Positions 37,933-46,744 of a stretch of DNA of 64,000 bases are shown here, one piece after another. Both the position numbers and the translations under genes were made by a program. Each line of letters starts with the position of its first letter. Position 1 is the first letter of the stretch. The DNA is from an uncultured Candidatus Competibacteraceae bacterium. GTDB taxonomy: Bacteria; Bacteroidota; Bacteroidia; CAIKAF01. Where the stretch lies: positions 30,948 through 94,947 of the forward strand of contig CAZJFM010000001.1 of the NCBI GenBank assembly GCA_964545365.1. Reading direction: 5' to 3'. The notes beneath the pieces were generated by a model, which saw only the letters and a list, made by a program, of their open reading frames with translations, was not told the origin of the DNA and searched no databases.

Positions 37933-38037
37933 ATCGTTTGGTTTGTTTTAGAGATTACATGCCCTATTAAGCCGGCAAATATAGAACATCGCGTGGGTTA
38001 TTACAGGGGGCTATAATTTTGGAAAGTCCTAAGGAGT

Positions 38038-38595
38038 TTATTTTTTGGGGAACTTCATGCGGTAATCGGCATGGACTTGTCCTTTGCTTATGCGTTCCAA
38101 TTTGCTCTTGAGCATTTTTTTACGCAATGGACCCAAGTGGTCGGTAAACAGAATGCCCTCCAAATGGTCGTATTCATGTTGAATAATCCGTGCCGCCATG
38201 CCCTCAAACCAAGCTTCTTGGGGCTCAAACTTTTCGTTGTCCCAAGCCAACAAAACTCGGGGTTTGCGTTGCACGTCTTCGCGTATGCCGGGAATGCTTA
38301 AGCAGCCCTCGTTAAAGGCCCATTCTTGGCCTTCTTCTTCCAAAATTTCCGGGTTAATAAACACATGTTTAAAGTGTTCCATTTCCGGGTCTTCGTCTGC
38401 AAAGCTGCTGCCGTCCACAACAAAAAGCCTTATGGATGCACCCACTTGGGGAGCGGCAAGTCCTACACCGCTGGCTTGGTACATCGTATCCCACATATTT
38501 TGGATGAACTCCGACAAATTGGGGTGTTCGGGTTCAATTTCTCGGGTAGGTCGGCGCAAGCTTAAATCGCCATAGGCCACAATGGGTAAAATCAT
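38038..38595 (-). CDS. def: Peptide deformylase
   Basis: GVGLAAPQVG, EGCLSIPG and HEYDHLEG motifs. Confidence 0.9.
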   Translation of the reverse strand: MILPIVAYGDLSLRRPTREIEPEHPNLSEFIQNMWDTMYQASGVGLAAPQVGASIRLFVVDGSSFADEDPEMEHFKHVFINPEILEEEGQEWAFNEGCLSIPGIREDVQRKPRVLLAWDNEKFEPQEAWFEGMAARIIQHEYDHLEGILFTDHLGPLRKKMLKSKLERISKGQVHADYRMKFPKK

Positions 38596-39011
38596 AGAGC
38601 GGTGGTTTGGTTTTGCAGAAATCGTTGCAAAATATGGACAGCAGAAACTTTGTCAATAAGCCCTTTTTCTCTTCGTTTTTTGGGGCTGGTTCCGGCTTGA
38701 ATAAGTGTGTTCAGGGCTTGTTTGGAGCTGAAGGCCTCATCTTCCAGAAAGATGGGCAAAGTGGGAAAGGTCGATTGTATTTTTTTTTGGGTGTCTAAAA
38801 CCAGGGCAGTGGCATCGGTGGCTTCGCCTTGGTGGTTCAGAGGAAAACCTAATACCAAGCCTTTAACTTTTTCTTGTTCGAGGTAATTTTTGAGCCAGGG
38901 AAGGACCTTGGGGGTTTCCAAAGTGGTGAGTGCTTGGGCAAACATACCTAAAGGATCGGTTACGGCTACACCGGTTCGTTTGCTTCCCATGTCAAAGGCC
39001 AAGTACCTCAT
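38592..39011 (-). CDS. ruvX: Holliday-junction resolvase-like RNase (YqgF/RuvX)
   Basis: MRYLAFDMGSKRTGVAVTD start and RNase-H-like fold motifs. It overlaps the def start by 4 bp. Confidence 0.85.
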   Translation of the reverse strand: MRYLAFDMGSKRTGVAVTDPLGMFAQALTTLETPKVLPWLKNYLEQEKVKGLVLGFPLNHQGEATDATALVLDTQKKIQSTFPTLPIFLEDEAFSSKQALNTLIQAGTSPKKRREKGLIDKVSAVHILQRFLQNQTTAL

Positions 39012-39099
39012 GGTGCAAAAATACAAAAAGGGAGTGTTGAAGCCTAGTAGATTAGCTTTGTTGGACTGTTTTGGTACAAAAATTGCGTTAAAGTAAGGA

Positions 39100-39276
39100 A
39101 GGGGTTTGCGCGTGGGCGGGGCCCGGATGGAGGAGCATAGCTGACTGCAGGCGCACCGTGCTGCGGCACCGAGCGAGGAGGCCCCCGTTAATTAGCGGGG
39201 GACCCCGGAGCCGGTAGCCGCAGCCGGTGGGCCAAAGGCACTATGCCCGAGAGCCGGAAAGCCCCCCAAAAAAAGC
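39100..39276. other. GC-rich self-complementary intergenic element downstream of the PBP4 gene (candidate structured RNA / REP-like repeat)
   Basis: Hairpin CCCCCG-TTAATTAG-CGGGGG (39182-39201), GTGCTGCGGCAC, and CCGG...CCGG repeats. About 70% GC in an otherwise roughly 50% GC context. No ORF. Confidence 0.3.
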
Positions 39277-40713
39277 CTAATAGGTTTCGTACAGCAATTG
39301 AAACAGGGCTTCGAGTGCTCTTCGGGCTTGAGCAGATTCGGTGTCGAAATGGTTGATTATGGCGGCCAGGGCATATTGTTTGCCTGATTTTGCGGTGAGG
39401 TACCCGGCGTAGGCGCGCACACGTTCCATGGAGCCGCTCTTGGCGCGCAAGTTGCCTTTGAGCCCATCGCTATTGAAACTGCTTAGGGTGCCACGGCTTC
39501 CGGCTAATGGAAGGCTTTCGTAATAACGCTCAAACCAGGGTTTTTTAGACATGCGGCATAGAAATCGGGTTAAAAAATCAGGGCTTAGTCCGTTGAGTCG
39601 GCTGAGTCCGGAGCCGTCCACCGGGTAAATCCCTCCCGTGTGTGGCATTTGCTGCGCAATCCATTGCAAAAGCCCCTCCAAACCGCTTTCTCCTCCTCTT
39701 TCCTTTGCGTTTTCGGGGCTTAAGGCCCAAAGCAGTTGTTCGGCAAAAAGATTGTTGCTAAAGGTGTTGGTTACGGTTACCAGTTCATGCAGAGGAGGCG
39801 ATTTCCAGGTGCCCAGCAAGCGCGCCTTTTCGCGGTATTGAACTTCCGAAGGAAGTATGTTGTAAAAGCCACAGCTTATCCCTTTGTTTTGTAGGCCTAA
39901 TTGCAGCTGAAATAGGGCAAATAGGGGAGGGTTGGGGACGGAAGCCCGCACCACAAAATCGTTTTTGTTGGGCGGAATGCTTCCTCTAACTATTCGATTT
40001 TCTTGGTTTTGTGCACCAAATACCCAGGCCTCATCTCCCGAACCGGGAGGTCCTGAGGTGACCAAAGACTCAAAACGGCAATCGGGTACTTTGGGATACA
40101 CGGACAAAAGTTTGGCCGGACTTCCGGGGGCATAGGATTGAAAGTGCAGGTCGGTGCGGTTGTCGGCGAAACAAAGACCGGAATTTGGGCATCCAAAATA
40201 ATTGCCTAGGTCGGCCCAAACCCAAGTGTCCGGATTGCCTTGGGTGGAGAAGTTTCCAAGGTCTGCGTAGATGGCTTCCAGCCGGGACACCTTGTTTTGA
40301 AGTAGCCAGGTATGTATTTCCCGTAGTATTATATCGGGGTTGGTTTGTCCAAACCAGGTTGATCCGAGGCTGGGGTCTCCGGCGGCTTCAATCACCAAAG
40401 AGGGCTGGGCTCCGGCCTCTCCGGGCAGCAACCAAAATTGAGTTTCGAAGCGGAAATCGGGGCCCAAAACATCCATTGCTGCGGCCGTAGTGATGAGTTT
40501 TTGCACAGAGGCGGGCGTGTAGTACACTTCCGATTGCCACTCAAGTACCATTTCTTCAGTTTGCACATGCTTCAGAGAAAGCCCAAAGGATGCACCGGCC
40601 ATTCCCTCACGTTGAGCAAATTTTTTTAAGTACATTGTAAGCTCATCGGCAGACTGTGCCTGCACAAGAATAGGAGTACACAGCCACATGGCAATGAAAA
40701 GTCTCAACAGCAT
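39277..40713 (-). CDS. D-alanyl-D-alanine carboxypeptidase/endopeptidase, peptidase S13 (PBP4 family)
   Basis: Signal peptide, a SxxK-like active-site region (TPASVQKLITTAAAM) and a length typical of DacB/PBP4. Confidence 0.7.
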   Translation of the reverse strand: MLLRLFIAMWLCTPILVQAQSADELTMYLKKFAQREGMAGASFGLSLKHVQTEEMVLEWQSEVYYTPASVQKLITTAAAMDVLGPDFRFETQFWLLPGEAGAQPSLVIEAAGDPSLGSTWFGQTNPDIILREIHTWLLQNKVSRLEAIYADLGNFSTQGNPDTWVWADLGNYFGCPNSGLCFADNRTDLHFQSYAPGSPAKLLSVYPKVPDCRFESLVTSGPPGSGDEAWVFGAQNQENRIVRGSIPPNKNDFVVRASVPNPPLFALFQLQLGLQNKGISCGFYNILPSEVQYREKARLLGTWKSPPLHELVTVTNTFSNNLFAEQLLWALSPENAKERGGESGLEGLLQWIAQQMPHTGGIYPVDGSGLSRLNGLSPDFLTRFLCRMSKKPWFERYYESLPLAGSRGTLSSFNSDGLKGNLRAKSGSMERVRAYAGYLTAKSGKQYALAAIINHFDTESAQARRALEALFQLLYETY

Positions 40714-40738
40714 CTTTAGTCGGTTTGGTCAGACAAAA

Positions 40739-42166
40739 ATGGTCAACAATTGTCAAAAGGCAGTTTTAATGATCTGTTTTGTTTGGCCTTGCCTCGGTTT
40801 TCTTCAGGGGCAGGTCCCTTCATTTGAATTGGACACGGTGTTGAATGCCCACCAAAAAAAGGGAGCAACAGAAGTAGAGCAATGGATAGGTTTGCCCGGT
40901 GGTGTGCAAGCCTTATCTGCAGATAATAAAGGCCGCATGGTAGTATGGGGTTGGCCCTCTTTGGAGCAGGACCAATGGCTGGAGGAACACCAAACGGGAA
41001 TCAACGCTTTGGTTGTTGCTCCGGGTGGAGCGAGTATATTTTCTGCCGATGGATCGGGACGCATTCGAGAGTTTAGGTATCCGGGCATGCTTTTGCTCAA
41101 AGCTTTTATTGCCTCCTTTGATGTGGTTTGTTATGTGAACTTTAATCCCAAACATGCCAGTTTGCTCATTGCCGGATACCACAGCAATTTGAGGGAAACT
41201 TCGGATGGTTTGGTTCGGGTGGGTAATCCCGACCGCATGCGGGATGTCCGTCGATTGGCGGCCTCTAAGTTTTATCCCAATGGGTACAGCTACGGAATAA
41301 CGGATGCTTGGCTGGATGCCTCAAAACAAGAGGTGTGGTATGCCGATGGTTTTCAGATTTTTGTTCGGTCCTTGCCGGAAGGGGAATTGCTCAGAACGTA
41401 CCTTTCTCCAACCGTTAGCAACAACCTCTTGGTCAGTGGAAATCAATTGTACGTTTGGGCTTCGGGGACGGTACATCGCTGGCCCATAGATGCTCCGGGA
41501 GAGATGCCGGAGGCTTCGCGTTTGTTGTATCCTACCGAGCTGGGGTATTGCCGATTGTTTAAGGCGCCCGGCAAGCCTTGGCTAATAACCGGAGATGTTC
41601 AAGGTAAAGTATATGTGCTTCATGCAGAGGATTTACGGGTATTAGCCGAATGGAAAGCTCATGAAGGTGGGGTGCGTTCTTTATGGATGCCGGCAGATGA
41701 GCAAGCGCTGGTAACTACAGGTCTGGATGGCTTAATTAAAATTTGGCGACCCAAAGAGGAGCTTTTGGTTTTGGAGGACAGTACGGTGGGAGAAGTAAAG
41801 GATAATCAGGTGGTTTTATTGCCTAAGGGCCTGGTGGAGCAGAGGCCGTGGCCCGCAACGGATGTGCCGGAGGGTACTTTTAACCTGAATTTGAGAGATG
41901 CGCAACAGGTAGACGGAGATAGTGTTTCGGTGTATTTGAACGACACCTTATGGATGGGGGATGTGGCCATTACAGGGCAAGGGATTTCTGCGGAATTGAC
42001 CTTAAAAAAAGGCACCTACCGATTGGGGGTGGTGCCTTTGAATGAAGGAGATGTTGCTCCGAATACGGCGGTTTTGTTGTTGACGGGGCCAAAAGAATTT
42101 AGAGCCCGAAAGGTGCTAAGGTCCAGCCCGGGAGAGGTACTGGTTTGGGAGCTTCTGGTAGAATAG
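40739..42166 (+). CDS. WD40-repeat beta-propeller protein with a C-terminal beta-rich domain
   Basis: Repeated GH...WD-like units (e.g. HEGGVRSLWMPADEQALVTTGLDGLIKIWRP) and a signal-like N-terminus. The start is uncertain, and the gene is divergent from the PBP4 gene. Confidence 0.5.
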   Translation: MVNNCQKAVLMICFVWPCLGFLQGQVPSFELDTVLNAHQKKGATEVEQWIGLPGGVQALSADNKGRMVVWGWPSLEQDQWLEEHQTGINALVVAPGGASIFSADGSGRIREFRYPGMLLLKAFIASFDVVCYVNFNPKHASLLIAGYHSNLRETSDGLVRVGNPDRMRDVRRLAASKFYPNGYSYGITDAWLDASKQEVWYADGFQIFVRSLPEGELLRTYLSPTVSNNLLVSGNQLYVWASGTVHRWPIDAPGEMPEASRLLYPTELGYCRLFKAPGKPWLITGDVQGKVYVLHAEDLRVLAEWKAHEGGVRSLWMPADEQALVTTGLDGLIKIWRPKEELLVLEDSTVGEVKDNQVVLLPKGLVEQRPWPATDVPEGTFNLNLRDAQQVDGDSVSVYLNDTLWMGDVAITGQGISAELTLKKGTYRLGVVPLNEGDVAPNTAVLLLTGPKEFRARKVLRSSPGEVLVWELLVE

Positions 42167-42175
42167 TTTTGAAGT

Positions 42176-42685
42176 TTATGCCTCTAAGGCAATTGTATCT
42201 AGAGGATTTCCTTCGGTATCTACCCAATTGTAAATGCCCCAAAAGGTTCTTGTGAGTTTTTCGCCTTTGTGGTTCTTTTTAATACCACTTAGTTCTCCCT
42301 TTCTTTTGTAGTTGCTGAGCACAACAGCTAAATACTTTTCAAACTTAGCCTCGTCTTTAACTAAATTTGGGTGTTTTTTGCTTATGATATCGCTAAGTTC
42401 ACGGCTATCCATAAATCGTTTTTGCTTTTTAAGCAAGCTCATAATTACTCCTATGAGGCTTCCTTTCCTCTTTTTAGAAAGAGGCCTTCTAGCAACCTTT
42501 TTTACAGGAGTTTTAGATGTTGATTCAGCTGTAATTGCGCTTTCGGCGCTAGCGCTCCCTGCTTCTATGGACTGAGAGGTGGAACCGTCTAAGCTTTGTA
42601 AAACACTTTTTAATGCGCTTAATTCTTGTTCGCGCTTTTCAATTTCCTTGCTTAGCAGGCCTTTAAAAACTGAAGAGTCGTTCAT
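42176..42685 (-). CDS. Hypothetical DNA-binding protein: N-terminal coiled coil, Ser/Ala-rich linker, C-terminal linker-histone (H1/H5)-like winged-helix
   Basis: The C-terminal roughly 80 aa (IGVIMSLLKKQKRFMDSRELSDIISKKHP...KYLAVVLSNYKRKGELSGIKKNHKGEKLTRTFWGI) follow the H1 globular-domain pattern. The surrounding DNA is very AT-rich. Confidence 0.3.
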   Translation of the reverse strand: MNDSSVFKGLLSKEIEKREQELSALKSVLQSLDGSTSQSIEAGSASAESAITAESTSKTPVKKVARRPLSKKRKGSLIGVIMSLLKKQKRFMDSRELSDIISKKHPNLVKDEAKFEKYLAVVLSNYKRKGELSGIKKNHKGEKLTRTFWGIYNWVDTEGNPLDTIALEA

Positions 42686-42791
42686 AAATCATAATTTGTA
42701 ACAAAGCAACAATAAAAATTTATAAATTAAAATAAAAGTAATTTGGGAATGGCTACTTTTAATATAAATTAAAGAACAACCTCAGATTAAA

Positions 42792-43787
42792 GTGCCTGTG
42801 AAAACGTTGCTTTTTATACTAAGGCTACTGCTTTTTGGATTACTAATATTTTTTTTGGAGCCAATAAGTTATTTTACACATTTAGCAAGGGGCAATCTTA
42901 AGCTCATGGTTTCGTCCAAATCATTGAACGAGGTACCCTTGGCTTACCAAGAAAGGTTTACTCAAGTGATTGGCGCATTGAGTTTTGCTAAAGATAGTTT
43001 GGGGCTTAATCCGGGTAGGGCATACCATAGCTATTTGCACCACGAAAGCCCTTTGCTGTATGTGGTGAGCGGTTCTAAAGCTTACGCTCTTCAAAGGTTG
43101 GAGTGGTACTATCCCGTTTTAGGAAGCCTGGGGTATAAAGGTTTTTTTTATCTCTCAGAGGCCGAAAGAGAAGCCAATATATGGCGTGAGAGGGGCTATT
43201 CTGTTGCTATTCGACCCGTAAATGCATGGTCTACTTTGGGTTTTTTGCCCGATCCGGTTACTACCTATATGCTGGACCAAAAGCCCGGTGTTTTATACGA
43301 GATTCTTTTTCATGAAATTACCCATCAGCATGTCTATGTCTCAGGAGACGATGCCTTTAATGAGAATTTGGCGCAGCATGTAGGCCAAGAGGCCGCAAAA
43401 CGTTATCTACTTTTTTTAGGCGACACAATCGCCATAAAGGCTTACCAAACGTATTTGAATCGTCAAAATTTGCGGCAGGTTTTTATGGGTTTTATGGTGC
43501 AAAAGACCAAAGGTTTTTATGCCTTTTTAATGGGAGGTCGGCCACATCGAATCGAGACTGAAATGCTGCGCAAGAAGTGGTTTAATTTTTGGTATGCACA
43601 GGCATCAGCCTATCCGGAACTGGGAGATATGCAGTGGTTAAAAGAGGCCGATAAGGTGAATGCACATCTTGTAGTTTATCAGCAATATCGTCAAGATGCC
43701 GCAAGGTTTAAAGCGGATTTAAACCAAACACACAAGGACGATTTAAGACGACAAATTCAATTTTTTATTGAAACCTACGGCAGGTAA
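42792..43787 (+). CDS. Predicted zinc aminopeptidase (PF10023-like, HExxH)
   Basis: N-terminal TM/signal segment and the HEITHQH zinc-binding motif in a roughly 330-aa protein. Confidence 0.45.
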   Translation: MPVKTLLFILRLLLFGLLIFFLEPISYFTHLARGNLKLMVSSKSLNEVPLAYQERFTQVIGALSFAKDSLGLNPGRAYHSYLHHESPLLYVVSGSKAYALQRLEWYYPVLGSLGYKGFFYLSEAEREANIWRERGYSVAIRPVNAWSTLGFLPDPVTTYMLDQKPGVLYEILFHEITHQHVYVSGDDAFNENLAQHVGQEAAKRYLLFLGDTIAIKAYQTYLNRQNLRQVFMGFMVQKTKGFYAFLMGGRPHRIETEMLRKKWFNFWYAQASAYPELGDMQWLKEADKVNAHLVVYQQYRQDAARFKADLNQTHKDDLRRQIQFFIETYGR

Positions 43788-43789
43788 GA

Positions 43790-45826
43790 TCAACTCTTTT
43801 GCCCTCCAACCTTTAAGACTAGTGGCAGCAGCCATTGGTCTACCAACCAGGCCAAAGCCATTCCGGCCCACATAAAAAGACAAAACAGAGCACTGGTTTG
43901 CAAAGAAGACCAAGCCAAAGGCAACAAGCCTATGCCAAGCGTTAAGCTGCTTAGGTACATGGCTCTGCTTTTATGTAAGAGGGCACGTTTCCAAGCGCTT
44001 TTGGGGTAACCGTCTCTTTTTTGGGCTTTGTACGAAACCATAAGATGCAAAGAATCGTCGGAGGCCAAACCGGAAACCACCACCAAAGCTACCAGTAAGG
44101 CTAAGTTGAGGGGTAAGCCAAGCAATCCTGCAAGACCTGCCAATGCTGCCGGGGGTAATACATTACTGGACCAAGCCAAACTACCGTTTTTAAAGCCGAA
44201 AGCAACCAAAAAAAGCAGCCAAAGGCCAACAAAACTCAAGGGCAAACTGTAGGTCAAACTTTTTATGAGGTCAGAAGCATGGCTTGGGCCATCAAAAAAT
44301 AAGCCTTGTGGCATAGGTAGTTTGCCGCTGTTAAGTTCGTTTAATGCGGCGGTGCCTCGGGCCGGTCCCGGAGCTAACCAAAACCAATGGTGCTCATTTT
44401 TTAAAGGATGACCCAATTGGTTTTCCAATCGCTCAAGGTAACGTGGCACCAGCGTTTGTTCTTCCGGGCTTAGGGGACTTAATGTGCGGCTTCCCCAAGG
44501 GCTTTTCCCAAGTTGCTGTGAGGCAAGCCTTAGGGCATCTAGTGGACTCCAAAGCGGGCCCAAAGTAAAATGGCTTTGAAGTTCTTGTTCCATGGACTCC
44601 AAAGCACGTAAGCAGCCCGCATCTTGTAGGCAATCAGCATCAGGGGCTTGGGTAGAAAATAAGTAGGGAATGGTTCCTCCTATGCGCTGCTCAAACCACT
44701 GTTCTTCCTCCTTTAATGATTGGTTAGAATAGAGTTCGTTATGCCAGCTTAGATCGGTTTTAAGAAAAAAGAGTCCGATACTTAGGGTCGGTAAAAGGAG
44801 CAAAGGCCACCAGCCTACCCATTTTAGTGCAGGAACCTGTCTTCGAAAGGTAGCTTTATTAGAAAAAAACTTAGGGGCTAAAAAAAAGCCGATACAAAGG
44901 GTTTGTAGGCCAAGGCCCAGGGCCGTCCAAAACCCAAAACTTTGAACCATAGGTACGGGCGCTGTGGTTAAAGCTAAGAGGGCTATAATACTGCTTGCGC
45001 CGGATAGCCATAAACCTTGTAAACTATTATGTCCGCTCTTTTTTTCAGCATTTAAAAGGTGCCAGCATTGACTTATGCCTAAGGCCAATATTAAGGCTGG
45101 AGAAACCGCCAAAAGCAAATGAATAGGCGGGCCAAAAACAGAAAGAAGTCCAAGCCAAGCGCAAAGACCGGCAAGTAGAGCCAACGAAATGTACCCCACC
45201 ATGCGCAGCGGTCGAATAAACCTCCAACAAAAAATCAAAAGCAAGCCAAGACCTATAAACGCTAGCCTAAGAGCGTCGGTTTTTAGCGCTTTAAAAAAAT
45301 GATGTTGCCAAACACTTTTTCCTATGGCTTTTAAACCGGGCTCTATTTTTTTAAGGGCTACTAAAGCCTTATAAATGTGCTCGTGTTTTTCTTGAGAGAG
45401 TCCTTCTTGGGGTTTGGCCAAATACAACCAAGAGCTGTCCCTGTAATCAAATACACGGCGGTCCACCAAGAAGTGGCTTGCCACTTTGGGGTGAGGATGC
45501 TTTTCATGGGGTTTCAGCACACTTTTTTGGGCACTTAATGGGCCAAGGCCCCATGGAAGTTTGAGCTTGCTCAGCGAAAAAACCGAGTCGGTGTAAGGTA
45601 ATGCCTGCAGCATAGCTTCCAAATCGGACCTTTCTCCTTGGATATCTCTTTCCCGGATACCCAAAAGCAACCAGCCCTCGCTTAATCCTGAATGCGCTTG
45701 AACTTTATTTCCAAATACGTTTTTGGCCATATCGTAATCAAAGCTCAGCCAAAAGGCTCCTATGCCCCCAGATAAGAAGCAAACCATCATTAGCCAACCA
45801 AACCTTTGTTGCCAAGCCATGCCCAA
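43790..45826 (-). CDS. MMPL/RND-superfamily-like membrane transporter (two 6-TM bundles)
   Basis: 678 aa with two clusters of TM helices separated by soluble loops. Confidence 0.4.
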   Translation of the reverse strand: MGMAWQQRFGWLMMVCFLSGGIGAFWLSFDYDMAKNVFGNKVQAHSGLSEGWLLLGIRERDIQGERSDLEAMLQALPYTDSVFSLSKLKLPWGLGPLSAQKSVLKPHEKHPHPKVASHFLVDRRVFDYRDSSWLYLAKPQEGLSQEKHEHIYKALVALKKIEPGLKAIGKSVWQHHFFKALKTDALRLAFIGLGLLLIFCWRFIRPLRMVGYISLALLAGLCAWLGLLSVFGPPIHLLLAVSPALILALGISQCWHLLNAEKKSGHNSLQGLWLSGASSIIALLALTTAPVPMVQSFGFWTALGLGLQTLCIGFFLAPKFFSNKATFRRQVPALKWVGWWPLLLLPTLSIGLFFLKTDLSWHNELYSNQSLKEEEQWFEQRIGGTIPYLFSTQAPDADCLQDAGCLRALESMEQELQSHFTLGPLWSPLDALRLASQQLGKSPWGSRTLSPLSPEEQTLVPRYLERLENQLGHPLKNEHHWFWLAPGPARGTAALNELNSGKLPMPQGLFFDGPSHASDLIKSLTYSLPLSFVGLWLLFLVAFGFKNGSLAWSSNVLPPAALAGLAGLLGLPLNLALLVALVVVSGLASDDSLHLMVSYKAQKRDGYPKSAWKRALLHKSRAMYLSSLTLGIGLLPLAWSSLQTSALFCLFMWAGMALAWLVDQWLLPLVLKVGGQKS

Positions 45827-45988
45827 AGGTCGTTATTTTGCTTGGCCTCTGCTTTATTTTTTAGGGCCTATATTTCTTGTTTTGCAAGGCATTTTCGTGG
45901 ATTATCGGATATTTGTAAGATGTCTGTTGAGAATAAGCTCTTTCCGTCATGCATCATAAATTATTTTAATATTCAGGAAACATAACTC

Positions 45989-46735
45989 ATGGGAATACTC
46001 GAAGGAAAATTTGCATTTGTAAGCGGGGCATCTCGAGGAATTGGCCGCGCCATTGCCTTAACTTTAGCCGAGGAGGGCGCTCACGTGGCCTTTACCTACC
46101 GCTCATCTAAGGATGCTGCCGAGGCTTTGCGTTTGGAATTGGAAAGCAAAGGCGTGCAAGCCTTATGTTTTGCTTGCGATGCGGCTTCTTTCTCTCAAAC
46201 CGAAGAAGTAGTAGGTAAAATTTTGGAGGCATTTGGACGGCTGGATGTTGTGGTAAACAATGCGGGTATTACGCGCGATAATCTGCTCATGCGCATGTCG
46301 GAAGAGAGCTTTGATGAGGTTATCCAGAATAATTTAAAGTCGGTTTTTAATGTTACTAAGGCGGTGCAACGTACCCTGCTTAAGCAACGGAGTGGCTCCA
46401 TAATAAATATATCTTCTGTAGTAGGCAAAGGAGGGAATCCTGGACAGTCGAACTATGCCGCATCAAAAGCCGGTATGAACGGCTTTACTCAATCGGTCGC
46501 TAAAGAGCTTGGCTCCCGAAATATCCGTTGCAATGCCATAGCACCCGGTTTTATTGAAACCGAAATGACAGCCGAGCTGGATGCCGCCCAAAAAGAACAA
46601 TGGTTGCAGCATATTCCTCTCAAACGAGGTGGAACACCGCATGATGTAGCTCGCTTGGTTGTGTTTTTGGCCTCCGATGATTCATCCTACATTACCGGTC
46701 AGGTGATAAATGTTTGTGGCGGTATGCAAATTTAA
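45989..46735 (+). CDS. fabG: 3-oxoacyl-[acyl-carrier-protein] reductase
   Basis: SGASRGIGRAIA, NNAGITRD, catalytic YAASKAG and IRCNAIAPGFIETEMT motifs. Confidence 0.9.
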   Translation: MGILEGKFAFVSGASRGIGRAIALTLAEEGAHVAFTYRSSKDAAEALRLELESKGVQALCFACDAASFSQTEEVVGKILEAFGRLDVVVNNAGITRDNLLMRMSEESFDEVIQNNLKSVFNVTKAVQRTLLKQRSGSIINISSVVGKGGNPGQSNYAASKAGMNGFTQSVAKELGSRNIRCNAIAPGFIETEMTAELDAAQKEQWLQHIPLKRGGTPHDVARLVVFLASDDSSYITGQVINVCGGMQI

Positions 46736-46744
46736 GCCCTAAGC

